Source: Ferruginibacter sp. (lineage in GTDB: Bacteria > Bacteroidota > Bacteroidia > Chitinophagales > Chitinophagaceae). From it: a stretch of 64,000 bases of DNA. How positions within the stretch are numbered: the first letter of the stretch is position 1; every line of letters starts with the position of its first letter. The DNA lies in NCBI GenBank assembly GCA_013141435.1, contig JABFQZ010000014.1, positions 49,792 to 113,791 on the forward strand, read 5' to 3'. Of the stretch, positions 9,407-19,348 are shown piece by piece. A program made the position numbers and the translations under genes. The notes under the pieces are model-generated. The model was not told where the DNA came from. It made no database searches and was given only the letters and a program-made list of their open reading frames with translations.

Positions 9407-9525
9407 GCTGCTGGATAGAAGTGGAAAACCCGGAATGTAGGTGTAGCGTAGCGAAACCGAAATGAGGATTTGTAACGCATAGCCAGTACAAATGCTTTGT
9501 ATTGTACTACTGGTGAGAGCCCAAA
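9407..9525 (+). ncRNA. Structured intergenic element, Flavo-1-like / Bacteroidota interspersed repeat (copy A)
   Basis: GC-rich island CTGGATAGAAGTGGAAA...TTGTAACGCATAGCCAG-TACAAATGCT sharing ends with the element at 48294; the family name is recalled from memory, not computed. Confidence 0.4.
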
Positions 9526-9531
9526 AAAAAA

Positions 9532-10275
9532 TTAAAAAATAATTTCTTGATTTAATGTTTTACCAGCAAATATGTTGGCAAATATTTGTTTGTTTTGTGG
9601 GTGTTGTAGGGCTTGCAAGTGGCGTTGGTGATGCAAATCGGTGGCGGTAAATGATGCCAAATCATTTTTAATAATATATGCTGCTGCTTTGGCTACAGGC
9701 TTGCCATAATAGCCTGTAAGCGATAATATATTTACTTGCAATAAAAAACCTATGTCGCTTAAATGATTGTATTGTTTATAATCGTTGTGAAAATAGGCGT
9801 AGCGTTCGGGGTGTGCCAAAATAGGTTGGTAACCTTCTGTAATGATTGTGTAAAGCATTTGCTCTACATTGTAAGGTTTATCGGCATACGAAAACTCTGT
9901 AAGTATAATATTATTTTGTAAAGTAAGCAGATGTGCTTTTTGTTGTAATAATTCAAAAAAATACGAGTCGAGCATATACTCGGCTGCGGCTTTTATTTCG
10001 AAATTTATTTTATTTTGGGCTATTGCATTTTGCAACTCTTTTAATGCAGTGTTTATTGTAGTTGCATTATTTTTATACAAATCGCCAATTATATGTGGGG
10101 TTGCTATTGATTTGTTTACTCCTAGGTTTATAAGACCAGTAATAAGCTCCAACGATGTTTGTATGTTTGGCGAACCATCATCTATACCTGGCAATATATG
10201 CGAATGTATATCGGTAGATATTGGGAAATAATTGGAAGAAACTGCTGTATTTTTTTTTTTGAAGATGGAAAACAT
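9532..10275 (-). CDS. CpsB/CapC (Wzb-like) PHP-family tyrosine-protein phosphatase
   Basis: DIHSHILPGIDDGS, IATPH, AAEY, PILAHPERY, TDLHH; last gene of the polysaccharide locus. Confidence 0.9.
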   Translation of the reverse strand: MFSIFKKKNTAVSSNYFPISTDIHSHILPGIDDGSPNIQTSLELITGLINLGVNKSIATPHIIGDLYKNNATTINTALKELQNAIAQNKINFEIKAAAEYMLDSYFFELLQQKAHLLTLQNNIILTEFSYADKPYNVEQMLYTIITEGYQPILAHPERYAYFHNDYKQYNHLSDIGFLLQVNILSLTGYYGKPVAKAAAYIIKNDLASFTATDLHHQRHLQALQHPQNKQIFANIFAGKTLNQEIIF

Positions 10276-11042
10276 TAGAATATGCCGATGTTTACTCCTA
10301 TATTAAATTGATGCATTTTGATAAGTGGCTTTAGTACCGAAACCAAAAATGGCATTGGAATACTATTTACTTTCATAGCAAGATAATCTCTTCTATTAGC
10401 CCTTATACGCTGTTTGAAATTAACATTACTTGCACCACCTGTACGCATTTTTACAATTAGTTGTGGCAAATAGTAAGATGAAATTTTGTGTTTGTATAAA
10501 TAACGAGCCATAAATTCGTAATCGGCTGCTGTGTAATAATGGTTTTCGTAACCGCCAAATTTATCGATAGCCGACTTTTTTATATAAAATGTAGGGTGTC
10601 CGGGCATCCAACCCATTCTAAATAAATTTCTGTTGTATGTTTTACCTTTCCAAGCTCTAAAAACTCTATCGCTGTTTTGCTGATCTACATATTCTAAATC
10701 ACCATATACAGAATCTACTTGTTGTTCGTTAAAGGTTTTTACAATTTCTTCGATAGCATTTGCAGATGCAAGCATATCATCGCTATTTAAAATTCCAATT
10801 ACATCACCTGTTGCCAAATTTATGCCTTTATTTATTGCATCGTACATGCCTCTATCGGGTTCCGAAATCCATGTAGCAATTTTGGATTGGAATTGTTTTA
10901 TAATAGACACTGTATTATCGGTAGAATTACCATCAATTATAATATGCTCTATATTCTTATAGGTTTGATTTTGAACCGATTCAATACAATGAGAAAGAAA
11001 TTTCTCTGCATTGAATGTTACAGTTATAAGTGATATTTTCAT
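10275..11042 (-). CDS. Glycosyltransferase family 2 (WcaE-like)
   Basis: KISLITVTFN, IIIDGNSTDNT, YDAINKG, ILNSDD, HPTFYIKK, AADYEF. Confidence 0.9.
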   Translation of the reverse strand: MKISLITVTFNAEKFLSHCIESVQNQTYKNIEHIIIDGNSTDNTVSIIKQFQSKIATWISEPDRGMYDAINKGINLATGDVIGILNSDDMLASANAIEEIVKTFNEQQVDSVYGDLEYVDQQNSDRVFRAWKGKTYNRNLFRMGWMPGHPTFYIKKSAIDKFGGYENHYYTAADYEFMARYLYKHKISSYYLPQLIVKMRTGGASNVNFKQRIRANRRDYLAMKVNSIPMPFLVSVLKPLIKMHQFNIGVNIGIF

Positions 11043-11421
11043 AATTAGAAGCGTTTACTTCAGATAATTGGAATGTAAAGATAGTCTTATAAAAAAAATA
11101 TTTTTACATCTTTATATTTTAAACGCAAAATTTAGGAAAATATTATACTAATACTCTATTATTTATTAACAAATGAATTATAAATGTGGATATAGGTATA
11201 AGTTAGAGTAGATTTAGTAATAAATTCAAAGAATTTTAAAGAATTGAGAAAATTATTTGAAAGGGGAAAATTTAGAAAAAGATAGAAAAGAACCTGAAAA
11301 AATAAAGACAAATTTTACCTCAAAAAGCACAAAGAAAATTCGTACAAAGAATGCAAAGAAATGTTCATCATTGTTTCTTTTGTGGTGCCCAAACTTAGTT
11401 TTTTGAGATGCGCATAAGAAC

Positions 11422-11967
11422 TTAACTTATTGTTCTGGTTTTTATCATTTTTGCTGGAGTACCTTGGTAAATACCAAAGGGCAGGGTGCTTGAAGATAAA
11501 GTAGATGATGTAGATAAAATAGAATGCTGTGCACACACAACGCCACAGCAAACAACAGATTTTGCACAAAGCCAAACACCTTCTTCTATAACAATTGGCT
11601 TTACTATTAAATCGAAAGTTGTTTTAGTATAATCATGATTACCGCATAGTAACAAAGCACCTTGAGATATGCAAACATTGTTTCCAATGGTTACTTGTGC
11701 TAAATTATCTATCCACACTTCTTCGCCTATCCATACATTATTACCTATTTGCAATAACCAAGGATATTTGATACTTACATGTGGTTTTATTAAAACATTA
11801 CTACCCACTGTAGCCCCAAATAATTTTAATAAAAAAGTTTTTATTGCATAAAAAGGAAAAAGTCCACTACGAAAAAAAAATAAATTTATGTAATGCCACA
11901 AAAATCTTTTAATTACACTGCCAGGCTTATACCAATCATTATTGTATGTAGCTAAATCAAGTTTCAA
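11422..11967 (-). CDS. wcaF: WcaF family polysaccharide O-acetyltransferase
   Basis: IKYPWLLQIGNNVWIGEEVWIDNL, SQGALLLCGNHDY, hexapeptide repeats; TTG start. Confidence 0.88.
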   Translation of the reverse strand: MKLDLATYNNDWYKPGSVIKRFLWHYINLFFFRSGLFPFYAIKTFLLKLFGATVGSNVLIKPHVSIKYPWLLQIGNNVWIGEEVWIDNLAQVTIGNNVCISQGALLLCGNHDYTKTTFDLIVKPIVIEEGVWLCAKSVVCCGVVCAQHSILSTSSTLSSSTLPFGIYQGTPAKMIKTRTIS

Positions 11968-12520
11968 GGGTATTGTTTTTTATATTTTTTTCGTAAAAAT
12001 AAATCATAATGAAAATAGAAAGATAAGCAATAATATTAAACCAAGTGTGGTGATCTAAACCAAATGGAAACCGCCAAGCCTTATTAGCAGAAGCTAATAC
12101 CAAACTAATACGTACTACATTTATAACCCAAAGTAAAAATAAGCCAAAAAAAAGCCAATACAATTTTACTTTTATTTTTGCTGAAGAAGCTACAGTATAT
12201 GCTACCCAAAAACTCATAATTGCAAAGCCTAAGCATGCGTACACAATACGTACACCTCTGCCCCCTACTTTTCGTAATACGTACTCGTTTTCTCTAACAG
12301 TATCGGTACCAAAAAAAGAAACTACATATTTGGTGCCCCAAATTATTGATGTGCGTAACCATGCAGCAATATCGAAATATTTTTTTACAAACGGACTATA
12401 ATAGCCACCTGGCACAGCTAAGCCAGTAATAAAAAGCGTACCATAATAACAAAATAAATATATGGCAATAAAAACGAAAACGAATTTCAAAAACTTTTTA
12501 TTGGCTATAATTTTAAACAT
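11957..12520 (-). CDS. xrtY: Exosortase family transpeptidase (XrtY-like)
   Basis: 187 aa multi-TM protein with the exosortase/archaeosortase catalytic triad in context: VYAC*LG (Cys), INVVR*I (Arg), DH*H (His). Confidence 0.75.
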   Translation of the reverse strand: MFKIIANKKFLKFVFVFIAIYLFCYYGTLFITGLAVPGGYYSPFVKKYFDIAAWLRTSIIWGTKYVVSFFGTDTVRENEYVLRKVGGRGVRIVYACLGFAIMSFWVAYTVASSAKIKVKLYWLFFGLFLLWVINVVRISLVLASANKAWRFPFGLDHHTWFNIIAYLSIFIMIYFYEKNIKNNTLET

Positions 12521-12522
12521 TT

Positions 12523-13635
12523 TTATACAGAAAACATTTTTTGGTAAGCTTCCATTTTTGAGGCAGAGTTAGATTTTATTACTGAATAATTTTCTGCACC
12601 TTGTACAAATTGCAAATAGGTATCGTTATTCATTTTTGCAAAAATATTTAACGCCGTACATATTTCTACTTTGTTTGTTGCTACATTTATACCTGCTTTA
12701 TTTTCTAATAAATTTACCCAAGGAGTGTTATAGCTTGTGATTACAGGCTTAGCTGCTGCTAGAGCTTCGGCAATGGCATGGCCAAAATTTTCGCTTTTAC
12801 TTGGCATTATAAATAAATGATTTTTAGCAAGTACAGCTTCTACTTCTTTTGGTTGTATTTCGCCAAAATAATTTACATGTATATTTTTGGGCAAGTTTTT
12901 TATTTGCTCTAAACAATTATGCCAATATGTGGTATCTTTTATTGGACCATAAATATTGTAAGTAATATTTGCAGTACAATTTATCAATGCCTTTAAAACC
13001 AATAAATGATTTTTCATAGGGCTTATGAGTGCAATGGTAACAATGTGTAGGGAATTTTCAATTTTAACTAATGGTTCATTTTTTTTAACTTTTTTTGTAA
13101 AATTATTTGCCACAAATACTTTTGTGTTTTGTCCAAATTGGTTTTTAATAAAGCCATTTTCTACATCATCGGTAGCATGAAAAAAAACTTTTTTATTTAT
13201 ACCCCATAATTTTAATGCTTGTACAAAAAAACGTTTTTTCCATTTTTTTTGTGAGAGAGCACCTGGATGTAGCATACCTCTAACAGACAGAATTTTTTTA
13301 TAGCCAGTAGCAATTAATAATGGCATTATATTAAAATGCCAAGAAAATAAGCCTATTATAAAAAGCACATCGGCATTTGTTTCTTTAAGCTGCTTGCTTA
13401 AATTTTGTTTGCATTTTTTTTGGGATGTGTACCACACTTGGGTGTGTGAATTATAAATTATCCACTCATCTGTTATAATATTTTGTAGTGGCTCTCCATT
13501 CAAATCTTTATTACTACAAAAAATTTTATACTCTATATTGTCGGATAAATTATTTATTAGATTAGCAATAGATTGTATTGGACCGCCTGCTTTATATGCT
13601 GGAAGAAACCATGGTATGGATATAAAAACTTTCAT
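12523..13635 (-). CDS. Glycosyltransferase family 4, exosortase-adjacent
   Basis: PAYKAGGP N-terminus, SVRGML, PSKSENFGHAIAEA (ExxxxxxxE). Confidence 0.88.
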   Translation of the reverse strand: MKVFISIPWFLPAYKAGGPIQSIANLINNLSDNIEYKIFCSNKDLNGEPLQNIITDEWIIYNSHTQVWYTSQKKCKQNLSKQLKETNADVLFIIGLFSWHFNIMPLLIATGYKKILSVRGMLHPGALSQKKWKKRFFVQALKLWGINKKVFFHATDDVENGFIKNQFGQNTKVFVANNFTKKVKKNEPLVKIENSLHIVTIALISPMKNHLLVLKALINCTANITYNIYGPIKDTTYWHNCLEQIKNLPKNIHVNYFGEIQPKEVEAVLAKNHLFIMPSKSENFGHAIAEALAAAKPVITSYNTPWVNLLENKAGINVATNKVEICTALNIFAKMNNDTYLQFVQGAENYSVIKSNSASKMEAYQKMFSV

Positions 13636-15044
13636 GCCTCTATTTTTTTTAAAGGCATTTGTATATAAGCCATTATTTTTGGAAAAAAGAAAATTTTTAA
13701 AAGAAAAAATATCAGTAGGTTTACATAAAGCCTACCTATTAAAAAAATACTGTCGGATTCAAACGCAAATAATTCTAAATAAATAGCTCCAACTACTGCA
13801 AAATTAAATATATAATTATTAGAAGATTTTTTTATGAAATAAAAATAACTTTTGCCGTAAATAAAGCCAAGTATTAGCAAAGGTATATACATGCCAATGT
13901 ATCCAAAATCGATATATCCATCGGCAAAATATCCAAGGCTTACGGAAACTCCTTTCTTTATGCCCGCATATTGAATGCCAGTGTATTTAGATGCTCTAAC
14001 AGAAGCATCGTAAACCCCTTTATTTGGATTTAAAACCCTTGGGGTGAATACGAATGCAAGTGTAGAACCTAAATTTGCTCCATATTGATATGGAATAACC
14101 TTTGGCACTCTATCCATAGTTTTTGCAAGATGATATGTGTATTGTAGCCTATCTAAAAAGTTTTCGGTAGCCCCAGTAAAAGTACTTGCATTTTGATTTT
14201 CGGAAAGTTCTATTAGTTTATTTAAGGCATCGGCTTTTTCTACCTGAACCGATTGTGTTTTACTGCCTTTATTTAGAAATAAACGATATTCGCCTTTAAT
14301 ACTTGTCCAAAAAACACCAGCAAAAAATAATAGAATTAATGTAACAAAAGCGATGAGCATTTTATTAATTTTAATAATTGTAAGAAGGCTCAAAAGTAAA
14401 ATTGCAATAAAAAATATAATTGTTTTAAAATCGGAAAAATAACTGTAAAAGCCCATTACAAACTCTAAGGCACAAAAAATATAAAACTCTTTTCGTTTTC
14501 TATTTTTTAAAATACTTTGAAAACCAAATAATAAAAATAAAAACCATTTTATATTGCCAAGGCTAAATATAATTTGTGTAAGCGATGGTACTAAAAAAGC
14601 AATACCAGTTAAAGCATTCATTGCAACAAAACCTACTACATACGCTTTAAAAGTTTTGTCTATAGAAATTCTATCGGCATGTTTTTTAAGTTGGCTTAAA
14701 GAAAGTTTTGGTATTTTATTTTGGTAGTATATTATTGGCAAAAAAATAAATAATAAGCCTACGTATGATGATAGTATTGCATAATCGGTACTATCGGATC
14801 TGTAGTTAATATCATTACCAAGGTTATTGCTTTGCCAAACGCCTGCCGAAATTTGTAGAAAATGATATATTAATGTTATTGTAAATACTGAAGGCTTAAG
14901 AGGTTGCTGAAGATTATAAAAAAGAATATAAAAAAGTGCTAAGCCTACAAATAAGATTAAGCCATTTGTAAAAAAAAGTTGGCTTATTAATAGTAAAATT
15001 AAAAACCCTTTTGTGCCTTCGTCTAAATATACTTTTGTTCTCAA
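13632..15044 (-). CDS. Wzy/O-antigen-ligase-like integral membrane protein
   Basis: 470 aa, about 10-11 hydrophobic segments, a large periplasmic loop (about residues 250-370) and YIDFG motif; TTG start overlapping the upstream TGA. Confidence 0.65.
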   Translation of the reverse strand: MRTKVYLDEGTKGFLILLLISQLFFTNGLILFVGLALFYILFYNLQQPLKPSVFTITLIYHFLQISAGVWQSNNLGNDINYRSDSTDYAILSSYVGLLFIFLPIIYYQNKIPKLSLSQLKKHADRISIDKTFKAYVVGFVAMNALTGIAFLVPSLTQIIFSLGNIKWFLFLLFGFQSILKNRKRKEFYIFCALEFVMGFYSYFSDFKTIIFFIAILLLSLLTIIKINKMLIAFVTLILLFFAGVFWTSIKGEYRLFLNKGSKTQSVQVEKADALNKLIELSENQNASTFTGATENFLDRLQYTYHLAKTMDRVPKVIPYQYGANLGSTLAFVFTPRVLNPNKGVYDASVRASKYTGIQYAGIKKGVSVSLGYFADGYIDFGYIGMYIPLLILGFIYGKSYFYFIKKSSNNYIFNFAVVGAIYLELFAFESDSIFLIGRLYVNLLIFFLLKIFFFPKIMAYIQMPLKKIEA

Positions 15045-16222
15045 TTGTGGTTGATATTTTCAAAGTTCAAAAGTAAATTTTCTAAAGCAATACAATCATG
15101 TTGGTAACTGTACTCTTTTATTATTTGGGCTGACACTTGCCCCATTTGTGTTGCAGCATTTTTATTATTTACGAAATATTGCAAACATTTTGCCAAATCA
15201 TTTTTATTATTATTTTCAAATACAAATCCATTTACGTTATTTTCTACTAGGTTATTAACTGCACCGCATGCGCTGCTTGCAATTATTGCTTTGCCAGCTG
15301 CCATTGCTTCGTTTATTGCAAGCCCCCAAGTTTCGTTAGGTCCTTTTGATGGCAGTACAAAAACATTACATGCAGCATACAAGGCAGGCATAGACTCTTG
15401 ATTTTGAAAATCTAAAAAATGAATATTTGCTATATTTTCATACTCAAACTTCAACGAATTTTCCAAAATACCATTGCCTGCAAATATTAAATGACTTTCT
15501 TTATTTTTTAGTGCAGAAAAAACTGTGGCTAACAAATGTGGATGTTTTTTGGACTCTAACTTACCAGCAAATACAAATACCAAGGCATTGCTTGGTATTT
15601 GTAAATTGGTTCTAATTTTTAATGCCACATTGCTATTTTTCTCACTTTCTGCAAATCTTTCATTATCTATTGCATGTGGCATAAATACTAGTTTATCATT
15701 TTTTAAGCCATGGGCTAAAAAATATGCTTTGTTGGCATTACCAGTATACAATGCAAAATCTATTTTGGTGTAAATAAATTTTAATATTTGTCTTCTAATT
15801 ATTTTTTTAACTCCTTTTTTTTCATCTAATAAAGTTGAATCTCCTCTAAATAAAACAGGAATTTTACCTTTAAAAAATCGCATTGCATTAAAATGGCTTA
15901 TAAAACTCCATCCATAAACCAATACAACATTTGCTCCCCAATCTTTAATTTCACTTATCAGTGTTGGGTTATTAATTCCTTTATAATGATGAGAGCCAGG
16001 CTTAGTAGAAATATTATTTACAAAACAATAATCGTACCCTTGCAATAAAGGAATATCCCATTTTATTTCTTTGCCAAAACCTGGGTCGTATTTAATGCCA
16101 TCTTGAGATTGACTCCAAGTATAAAATACTTTTAGTTCAATATTATTTCTCTCATTTAATAATTTAAAAAATGGAGCATTGTATTGAATGGGGTGAGTAG
16201 ATATGATAGCAAGTTTTTGCAA
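15041..16222 (-). CDS. Glycosyltransferase family 4
   Basis: KLAIISTHPIQY, FRGDST, VFAGKL, LPSKGPNETWGLAINEAMA. Confidence 0.9.
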   Translation of the reverse strand: MQKLAIISTHPIQYNAPFFKLLNERNNIELKVFYTWSQSQDGIKYDPGFGKEIKWDIPLLQGYDYCFVNNISTKPGSHHYKGINNPTLISEIKDWGANVVLVYGWSFISHFNAMRFFKGKIPVLFRGDSTLLDEKKGVKKIIRRQILKFIYTKIDFALYTGNANKAYFLAHGLKNDKLVFMPHAIDNERFAESEKNSNVALKIRTNLQIPSNALVFVFAGKLESKKHPHLLATVFSALKNKESHLIFAGNGILENSLKFEYENIANIHFLDFQNQESMPALYAACNVFVLPSKGPNETWGLAINEAMAAGKAIIASSACGAVNNLVENNVNGFVFENNNKNDLAKCLQYFVNNKNAATQMGQVSAQIIKEYSYQHDCIALENLLLNFENINHN

Positions 16223-17509
16223 TTATATTGTAGCTATAGTTTCATCTAATAATGAAGCAAGTTTTTTTGTAACTTCAAAAGCTGAATACTCATTAAATAA
16301 CTCAGTATTTACTTGTTCTTTTTTAAATGTGTGTAAAAACTTTTTATATCCCAAAAAAGAATGGACAAAAGATTTTTTTATATTTTCTACATCATTCTCA
16401 CCATTAAAATCAATTACTACACCAACGTTAGAATCTTTTATAACTTTTACCGCACTGCTTTGAGCATGCAATACAGCAAATAAAGATTTGCCAGAAAGTA
16501 TTGCTTGATAAACTTTACTTGGAGTATAATGTGGCTCTGTACTTCCCAAAATAAATACAGCATCTGCAATATTTAAGTGTACCAATACATCTAAATAAGG
16601 AATACGAGCAGGATATTCAAAAACAATTAAATTCCATAGCCCATATTTTTCGGCTAAAGGTTTTATATTATAACTTTCTGCATCATTTGTTCTTTTGCCA
16701 GTGCCTATAAAATGAAATTCTACAGTTTCAAATAATGCATTGTTTTCTGATATTGCTTCAAATATTTTCTCTAAGGGCTTATAAGCCTTGGGCAACATTG
16801 CCCCTGCATATACAAATTGCAATTTGTTCGTATTCTTTTTAAAAAGATTTGGTTCTATATTTAATGATTTAATTATTTCATGATCTTTTGCTTCGCCTCC
16901 ATAAGGCATTGCACCAGTTATAACATTTTTAAGATGCTGATTTCTATTAAGCACTGGTTGATAGTAGCCTTCGGCTACACCAGTTATAAGCGATGCTTTT
17001 TTTACTGCAATTGGTTCTAAAAATTTTGCAAGTTTTGTGCTAAGCCAGTGCCTGCTAAATATTTTTTCGCTGCCAGGGAAAGTGTGTACCCATGGATCTA
17101 TGTAATCTATACCGTATTTTATTTTAGTTTTACCATATAGCATCCTACCAAGCAAGGCACAGTAAAAAGAAGGTATAGGGATATATAAAAAATCAAATTT
17201 TTCTGTACACAATAATTCTTTTGCTTTTTTATATAATTGAAAAAATGCACGCAACCCTATATCGCCAAATAGTCTTATTTTTTTTGTAGAAAATGCATTA
17301 ACTTTTACAATTCTTAAATTTAAAGGCAATAGTTTTTCTAAATTATAATCTAATTTTTCTTCATAAAAATTTTTATGAACTGTTAATATAGTAGGCTCCC
17401 AACCAAATGTTGGTAAATGTTGGGCAAATAGCCTAGCCCTATGCACTCCTGCAAGGTTAGATGGTGGAAAATGTGGGTAGAGGATAAGGATTTTTTTGTT
17501 ATCTATCAT
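16223..17509 (-). CDS. GT-B fold (GT4-like) protein
   Basis: ILILYPHFPPSNLAGVHR, DYIDPW, FVYAGA, TPSKVYQ; atypical C-terminal motif. Confidence 0.65.
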   Translation of the reverse strand: MIDNKKILILYPHFPPSNLAGVHRARLFAQHLPTFGWEPTILTVHKNFYEEKLDYNLEKLLPLNLRIVKVNAFSTKKIRLFGDIGLRAFFQLYKKAKELLCTEKFDFLYIPIPSFYCALLGRMLYGKTKIKYGIDYIDPWVHTFPGSEKIFSRHWLSTKLAKFLEPIAVKKASLITGVAEGYYQPVLNRNQHLKNVITGAMPYGGEAKDHEIIKSLNIEPNLFKKNTNKLQFVYAGAMLPKAYKPLEKIFEAISENNALFETVEFHFIGTGKRTNDAESYNIKPLAEKYGLWNLIVFEYPARIPYLDVLVHLNIADAVFILGSTEPHYTPSKVYQAILSGKSLFAVLHAQSSAVKVIKDSNVGVVIDFNGENDVENIKKSFVHSFLGYKKFLHTFKKEQVNTELFNEYSAFEVTKKLASLLDETIATI

Positions 17510-18642
17510 TGTAAAAAAGAGTGTACCTTATCCATAATATCTGTATAAGTTGGGGCGGTATTTTGTATTTTTATTACTTCTTCTTTGTATTTTTTGCAAG
17601 CATCAATATTATAAGCCAAATCGCTTATCAAATTAGCCATTTCTTCTGCTCCACTACAAGTGGGTATATTACCTTCTTTCCAAAGATAGCCACGCAATCC
17701 TATTTCTGATGTAATTACAGGCATACCATAACTTAATGATTTACCAAGTTTAGTACTCACACCTCTTGAATAATAAAAAACTGGGTTCAAGGCAAATGTC
17801 CAGGTTGAAAATTCAGCTAACAGATTTTCATTAGATAAATATCCTAGATATTTAACAAACTTAAATCTTTGCTCCAAATTTTCTCCACGCTCTTTGCCTG
17901 CACCTGCTAATTGTAGTTGAATATTTGAACAATTATTTTTTTGTAAGCATTCGCACACCTGAAGAATTCCGTAATAGTTAGGTTCATGACTAAGATCTGA
18001 AAAAAATCCAACCTTACCCAATACAGGGTTGTATGGTATTTGCATTTTATCAATATACCTTGGCACCATAAATACCTTTGTAGCACCAAGCCATTTTTCT
18101 ATACCAACTTCTACATCTGACACAGTTAAAACTAAGTCTATTTCTGTTCTTAAAGTTGCTTCCATTTCTAGCATTTTACCAAGCGAAAAAGTTGCAAATA
18201 TTTTTTTTATTCCATTGTATTTTTGATGTTTTACCAGTTCGTGCAAATAATCTCCACTTTCATTACCATGCGAACAAAGAATTACTTTTACATTATTATC
18301 TATGTCTTTAATCAGTTTAGCAAAAACTGTTGTATTAGTTAAATTCAAAAAAATAAATTGTATTTTATTTTCATTTATAATTTTTACAATGGTTTCCTTA
18401 AAAGAATTTACATCATAGTCATTATATGAGCTTATAGCAAGTTTCTTTGATAATTTGTAAAAAAAACTTTTTGAATAGGTAACTGGTAAGTATAATAAAT
18501 TAAACTTTGTGGACAATAGAGTGATGTACTCATTTGTGCAAAATTTTACTCCTCCCTCATTAGAATTGGAGTTCAAAAATTTTTCATTACAAATAAAAAG
18601 TGCTTGATTTGAATTCATTACTTTTCTACCAATTTCTATCAT
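17506..18642 (-). CDS. GT-B fold (GT4-like) protein
   Basis: C-terminal LAGAG...GYL...GVSTKLGKSLSYGMPVITSEIG resembles Glyco_trans_1_4; alternative ATG at 18618. Confidence 0.65.
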   Translation of the reverse strand: MIEIGRKVMNSNQALFICNEKFLNSNSNEGGVKFCTNEYITLLSTKFNLLYLPVTYSKSFFYKLSKKLAISSYNDYDVNSFKETIVKIINENKIQFIFLNLTNTTVFAKLIKDIDNNVKVILCSHGNESGDYLHELVKHQKYNGIKKIFATFSLGKMLEMEATLRTEIDLVLTVSDVEVGIEKWLGATKVFMVPRYIDKMQIPYNPVLGKVGFFSDLSHEPNYYGILQVCECLQKNNCSNIQLQLAGAGKERGENLEQRFKFVKYLGYLSNENLLAEFSTWTFALNPVFYYSRGVSTKLGKSLSYGMPVITSEIGLRGYLWKEGNIPTCSGAEEMANLISDLAYNIDACKKYKEEVIKIQNTAPTYTDIMDKVHSFLQ

Positions 18643-19342
18643 TTACAAACTCAGAATCTTTTTTTATATACATTACATCCATTTGATACATTGCTCTGTC
18701 AAAAGGTCTTCGCATAAATTGTGTAATATCATATACTTGAAAACCTTGGGCATCCATAAAATTGTTTAGCTCTGTAAATAATACATCATTATCTCCTAAT
18801 TTTATTAATGTAACTTCAAGTAAACAAATTTCTACATTAGCAAGAACATTTAAACAACCCTTGAGTACTTCTATTTCATGCCCTTGTACATCTAACTTTA
18901 AAAAATTAGGATATGTAATATTTTTTTCAGATAGAATAGTGTTTAATGATTTTGTTTTTACAATTTTTGTAGAATTAAGATCAATAATATTTGAAAAATT
19001 TATATGACTTGCTGTTTCATTTTCATAAAAATTCACTTCCAAATTATCGTCTGACGAAACCAATGCTATGATATAATCAATATTTTTATTTTTTAATAAC
19101 TTTAAAATAGATTCTTTTTGGGGCTGTGCTTCTATCATCAATATATTTGATTGAGGATAAACTTCTAAAAAGTCTTTTGTCCATCCACCTTCATAAGCAC
19201 CAATATCTACCACTTGTGTTGGGTTGAATCCTTTTTTCTTAAGATTTTGCAAGCTCCAATGTAATGATGGTACTCCTAAATGTTCTTTTACTGAACGCTT
19301 AAATGAAAATGGAAAAATACTTTTTATAAACTTAGTTATCAC
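18626..19342 (-). CDS. FkbM family methyltransferase
   Basis: VVDIGAYEG, MIEAQ, FLKLDVQGHE; GTG start. Confidence 0.88.
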   Translation of the reverse strand: MITKFIKSIFPFSFKRSVKEHLGVPSLHWSLQNLKKKGFNPTQVVDIGAYEGGWTKDFLEVYPQSNILMIEAQPQKESILKLLKNKNIDYIIALVSSDDNLEVNFYENETASHINFSNIIDLNSTKIVKTKSLNTILSEKNITYPNFLKLDVQGHEIEVLKGCLNVLANVEICLLEVTLIKLGDNDVLFTELNNFMDAQGFQVYDITQFMRRPFDRAMYQMDVMYIKKDSEFVNDRNW

Positions 19343-19348
19343 TTTCTT

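Noticed and set aside
9407-9525. GC-rich structured spacer as a tRNA or known riboswitch
   Set aside because: No cloverleaf or TTC T-loop, and it lies between convergent genes rather than in a 5' leader
11315-11575. 86-aa ORF overlapping the wcaF 3' end
   Set aside because: Alternate-frame overlap with a clear gene and no motifs
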